Source of the DNA: an uncultured Desulfospira sp. | GTDB taxonomy: Bacteria; Desulfobacterota; Desulfobacteria; Desulfobacterales; Desulfobacteraceae | Length of the DNA: 64,000 bases | Assembly: GCA_963663165.1 (NCBI GenBank) | Contig: OY760175.1 | Coordinates: 3,136,001-3,200,000 of the forward strand | Direction of reading: 5' to 3' | Shown: positions 61,806 to 64,000 of the stretch, in pieces | How the letters are laid out: every line of letters starts with the position of its first letter | Numbering within the stretch: position 1 is the stretch's first letter | Notes under the pieces: model-generated | Database searches by the model: none | What the model was told of the DNA's origin: nothing | The model's input: the letters and a program-made list of their open reading frames with translations, nothing else | Position numbers and translations under genes: made by a program

Positions 61806-62330
61806 CAGGGCAATCGCATGTAAAAAAATTATCCTCGATGATTTTTATTTACATATGCATTCAAGGTCCGCCCCTCTGTGGTGTTTGGCGTAAGCCAAAC
61901 CTCTGTGCCTCTCTGTGGTTTAAAACAAGAAATCCCGAAGGGATTGAATAGTTCTTCTTCAACCTCCCGGTTTGTAAAATTGTGGGCTTCGCCCACCTTT
62001 TTCATTTAACCACAGAGGACCACAGCGCGTCAAATCCGCAACCCCAATATGTGTTCCTTGCTGGTAAATTTAATATGTATAAAATGGGGACTTGGGATAT
62101 GGGATATGGGACTTGGGTAGGCCGTGGATACTGCAATCCCCAAGTCCCATATCCCAAGTCCCAAGTCCATTGTTTTGGAGAGTAACTGTATTATTTCTCC
62201 CAGGATAATCTTAATAAAATTTTAAACTTTTGGAGTTGAGTAGCACAGAGAACCACAGAGTTTCAGCGCTGTGCACTGAAATTGCATTCGGTAGTCTTAA
62301 ACAGTGGGAAAGTTACATGCGATTGCCCTG
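61806..62330. mobile_element. ISAs1-type MITE (second copy) with a 218 bp nested insertion
   Basis: Perfect 18 bp TIR CAGGGCAATCGCATGTAA; exact 9 bp TSD AGGCCGTCA (61797-61805 and 62331-62339); insert 62026-62243 flanked by CACAG. Confidence 0.9.
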
Positions 62331-62390
62331 AGGCCGTCATCCAGACAATTGACAATATCAATGAATAGGCGTATTAATTATAAGATTTTT

Positions 62391-62571
62391 TTGTCCAGGT
62401 GCGTGTAAAAACGCTTGGCCACTCATCTACGGCCAAAGGGAATCCCGTGAAACTCGGGAATGGGCCCGCCGCTGTAACCGGAGACAATTTCGTGCAAAAA
62501 ACACTGGCAGTAACCGCTGGGAAGTGGCATGGAAAAGGATGACCCGGAAGTCAGAAGACCTGCCTGGACAA
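62391..62571 (+). ncRNA. Cobalamin riboswitch
   Basis: P1 TTGTCCAGG/CCTGGACAA; AGGGAATCCCGTGAAACTCGGG, GCCCGCCGCTGTAA, CACTG...GGGAAG; B12 box AGTCAGAAGACCTGCC. Confidence 0.95.
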
Positions 62572-62632
62572 TGTGCCGATATTCCCGTGGACAGGGATGC
62601 ACGACAGATCCAGCTGGATAGTTTGGGACATC

Positions 62633-62667
62633 CCCGGATTGAATTTTTTTCGGTCCGGGTTTTTTTA
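62633..62667 (+). terminator. Riboswitch expression-platform terminator
   Basis: CCCGGATTGAA...TTCGGTCCGGG followed by a T run, between the aptamer and the RBS. Confidence 0.75.
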
Positions 62668-62700
62668 TTCCCGGCCTTTAACGTTAAGGAGGGAGAATAG

Positions 62701-64000
62701 ATGAAGATGTATGTATGGCTGGCAGGTCTCTTAAGTTTATGCTTTTTTTCGTCAACTGCCATGGCGGTGATAGAATCGGGCAGTGCCGCTTCAGGCCAGG
62801 CGTTAGAAGACATGGTGGTGACCACCAGCCGGGTCGGGGAGATGAAAAAAGAGGTTACCCAAACCGTCAAAACCATTGATAAGTTTGAGATCGAGGCTTC
62901 CGGGGCATCTGACCTGGCAGACCTTCTGGCCGAAGAGGGCATCGGCCATATCCAGAAATACCCTGTGGGAAACACCTCGGTGGGGATCCGCACCTTTCGC
63001 ACCGACCCCATGGGCAATGACCTGGTCGGGCGGGTGTTGATCCTTTTAAACGGCCGGCGGGCCGCCACCGGCAATCTGACCAAATTTTTAACCAAAAACA
63101 TTGAGCGAATTGAAATTATTCGCGGCCCCGGGGCGGTCCAGTACGGCTCTGCCGGTATGGGCGGGGTCATCAATATCATCACAAAGCAGGGCGATGAAGA
63201 CCTTGAGGGTTTCGTGGAGGCCGGATTCGGCAGTTACGGCCTCAATGAACAGAGCGCCGGGGTTTCCGGAAAAACCGGAAAGTTTGACTATGCCCTGGCC
63301 GCTACCCGTCGGGACCAGAATGACTATGAAACCGCCGACGATGGCGATTACGACAATACCTGGATTGAAGACCAGTTAAATTGCAGCATCAATATGGGGT
63401 ATGAGTTTTTGCCAAACAACCGGATCGGCGTGATCTGGAATTACTATGACGTCAAAACAGGAGACTGGAGTTCCTGGGACTACAACACCCCCAATATAAA
63501 TTATGTAAAAAAAGACAATACCTCCTTTGACATCATTTATGACGGTGCTGTTGCCTCAAAAACCTATACCTGGCAGATACGCTATTTTACCACCGAGGAT
63601 AACAATAACTACTATTATCCGGACGGCTCTTCTACGGATTCTTTGGGCAAATCCGAACAGAACGGCGCCCAGGCACAGGTTACCGGAGACTGGAATATGG
63701 CACAGCTGACGGTTGGTACGGACTGGGTCAAATATAAAATTGACAACAACGGGGCTATTGGCAAATACGATAACCTGGCCTTTTTTGCCTTAAGCAAATT
63801 CAGACTGCTGGATGAGCGGTTGATCCTTTCGGCCGGGGCCAGAATGGATAGCTATGAGATCAAAGGGGGCGGAAATAAAGATGACCAGGATGATGTCACC
63901 TTTAATCTCGGGGCCGCATACCTGATCACCGATCATTTGAAATTCAGGGTCAATTACGGCCAGGCCTTTGTCATGCCCACAGCCGAATCCATGCTCATGG
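62701..64000 (+). CDS. TonB-dependent receptor, probable cobalamin transporter (runs off the window)
   Basis: RBS AAGGAGGGAG; signal peptide; TonB box EDMVVTTSR; plug motif NIERIEIIRGPGAVQYGSAGMGGVINIITK; downstream of the B12 riboswitch. Confidence 0.9.
   Translation, partial: MKMYVWLAGLLSLCFFSSTAMAVIESGSAASGQALEDMVVTTSRVGEMKKEVTQTVKTIDKFEIEASGASDLADLLAEEGIGHIQKYPVGNTSVGIRTFRTDPMGNDLVGRVLILLNGRRAATGNLTKFLTKNIERIEIIRGPGAVQYGSAGMGGVINIITKQGDEDLEGFVEAGFGSYGLNEQSAGVSGKTGKFDYALAATRRDQNDYETADDGDYDNTWIEDQLNCSINMGYEFLPNNRIGVIWNYYDVKTGDWSSWDYNTPNINYVKKDNTSFDIIYDGAVASKTYTWQIRYFTTEDNNNYYYPDGSSTDSLGKSEQNGAQAQVTGDWNMAQLTVGTDWVKYKIDNNGAIGKYDNLAFFALSKFRLLDERLILSAGARMDSYEIKGGGNKDDQDDVTFNLGAAYLITDHLKFRVNYGQAFVMPTAESMLM

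Noticed and set aside
60087..62168. Heptamer arrays as CRISPR repeats or as coding ORFs (e.g. 59927-60267, 60074-60516, 61982-62185)
   Set aside because: The ORFs are translations of repeat DNA with no RBS or protein motifs, and the repeats are inverted arms rather than repeat-spacer arrays.

Overview
A 64 kb window of what looks like a sulfate-reducing deltaproteobacterial chromosome (Desulfobacteraceae-like, inferred from gene content). Main blocks, in order: (1) a secreted VIT-vWA protein with a GlyGly-CTERM-like tail beside a rhombosortase; (2) potABCD; (3) a vapBC plus group II intron remnant bracketed by an 81 bp duplication of the hydrogenase operon terminator; (4) a protease-hdrA-mvhD-mvhG-mvhA operon in which three genes read through in-frame UGA as selenocysteine, each with a SECIS-like hairpin (the ORF track splits them); (5) cobU, a sigma54 activator, a DUF4465/PEP-CTERM surface protein and pyrDKE; (6) a visibly AT-rich LPS core/Kdo island with an ops element upstream of waaG; (7) housekeeping and regulatory genes plus a patch of pseudogenes; (8) a cobalamin riboswitch with a TonB-dependent receptor at the right edge. 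Intergenic regions carry many non-autonomous elements: ISAs1-type MITEs with target-site duplications (one apparently carrying a RelE/HTH toxin-antitoxin pair, one with a nested insert), an IS4 remnant, ~90 bp palindromic units and heptamer-armed hairpins. A 47-codon ORF absent from the ORF track has its own RBS and terminator. All family calls are from motif recognition by eye; no searches were run.
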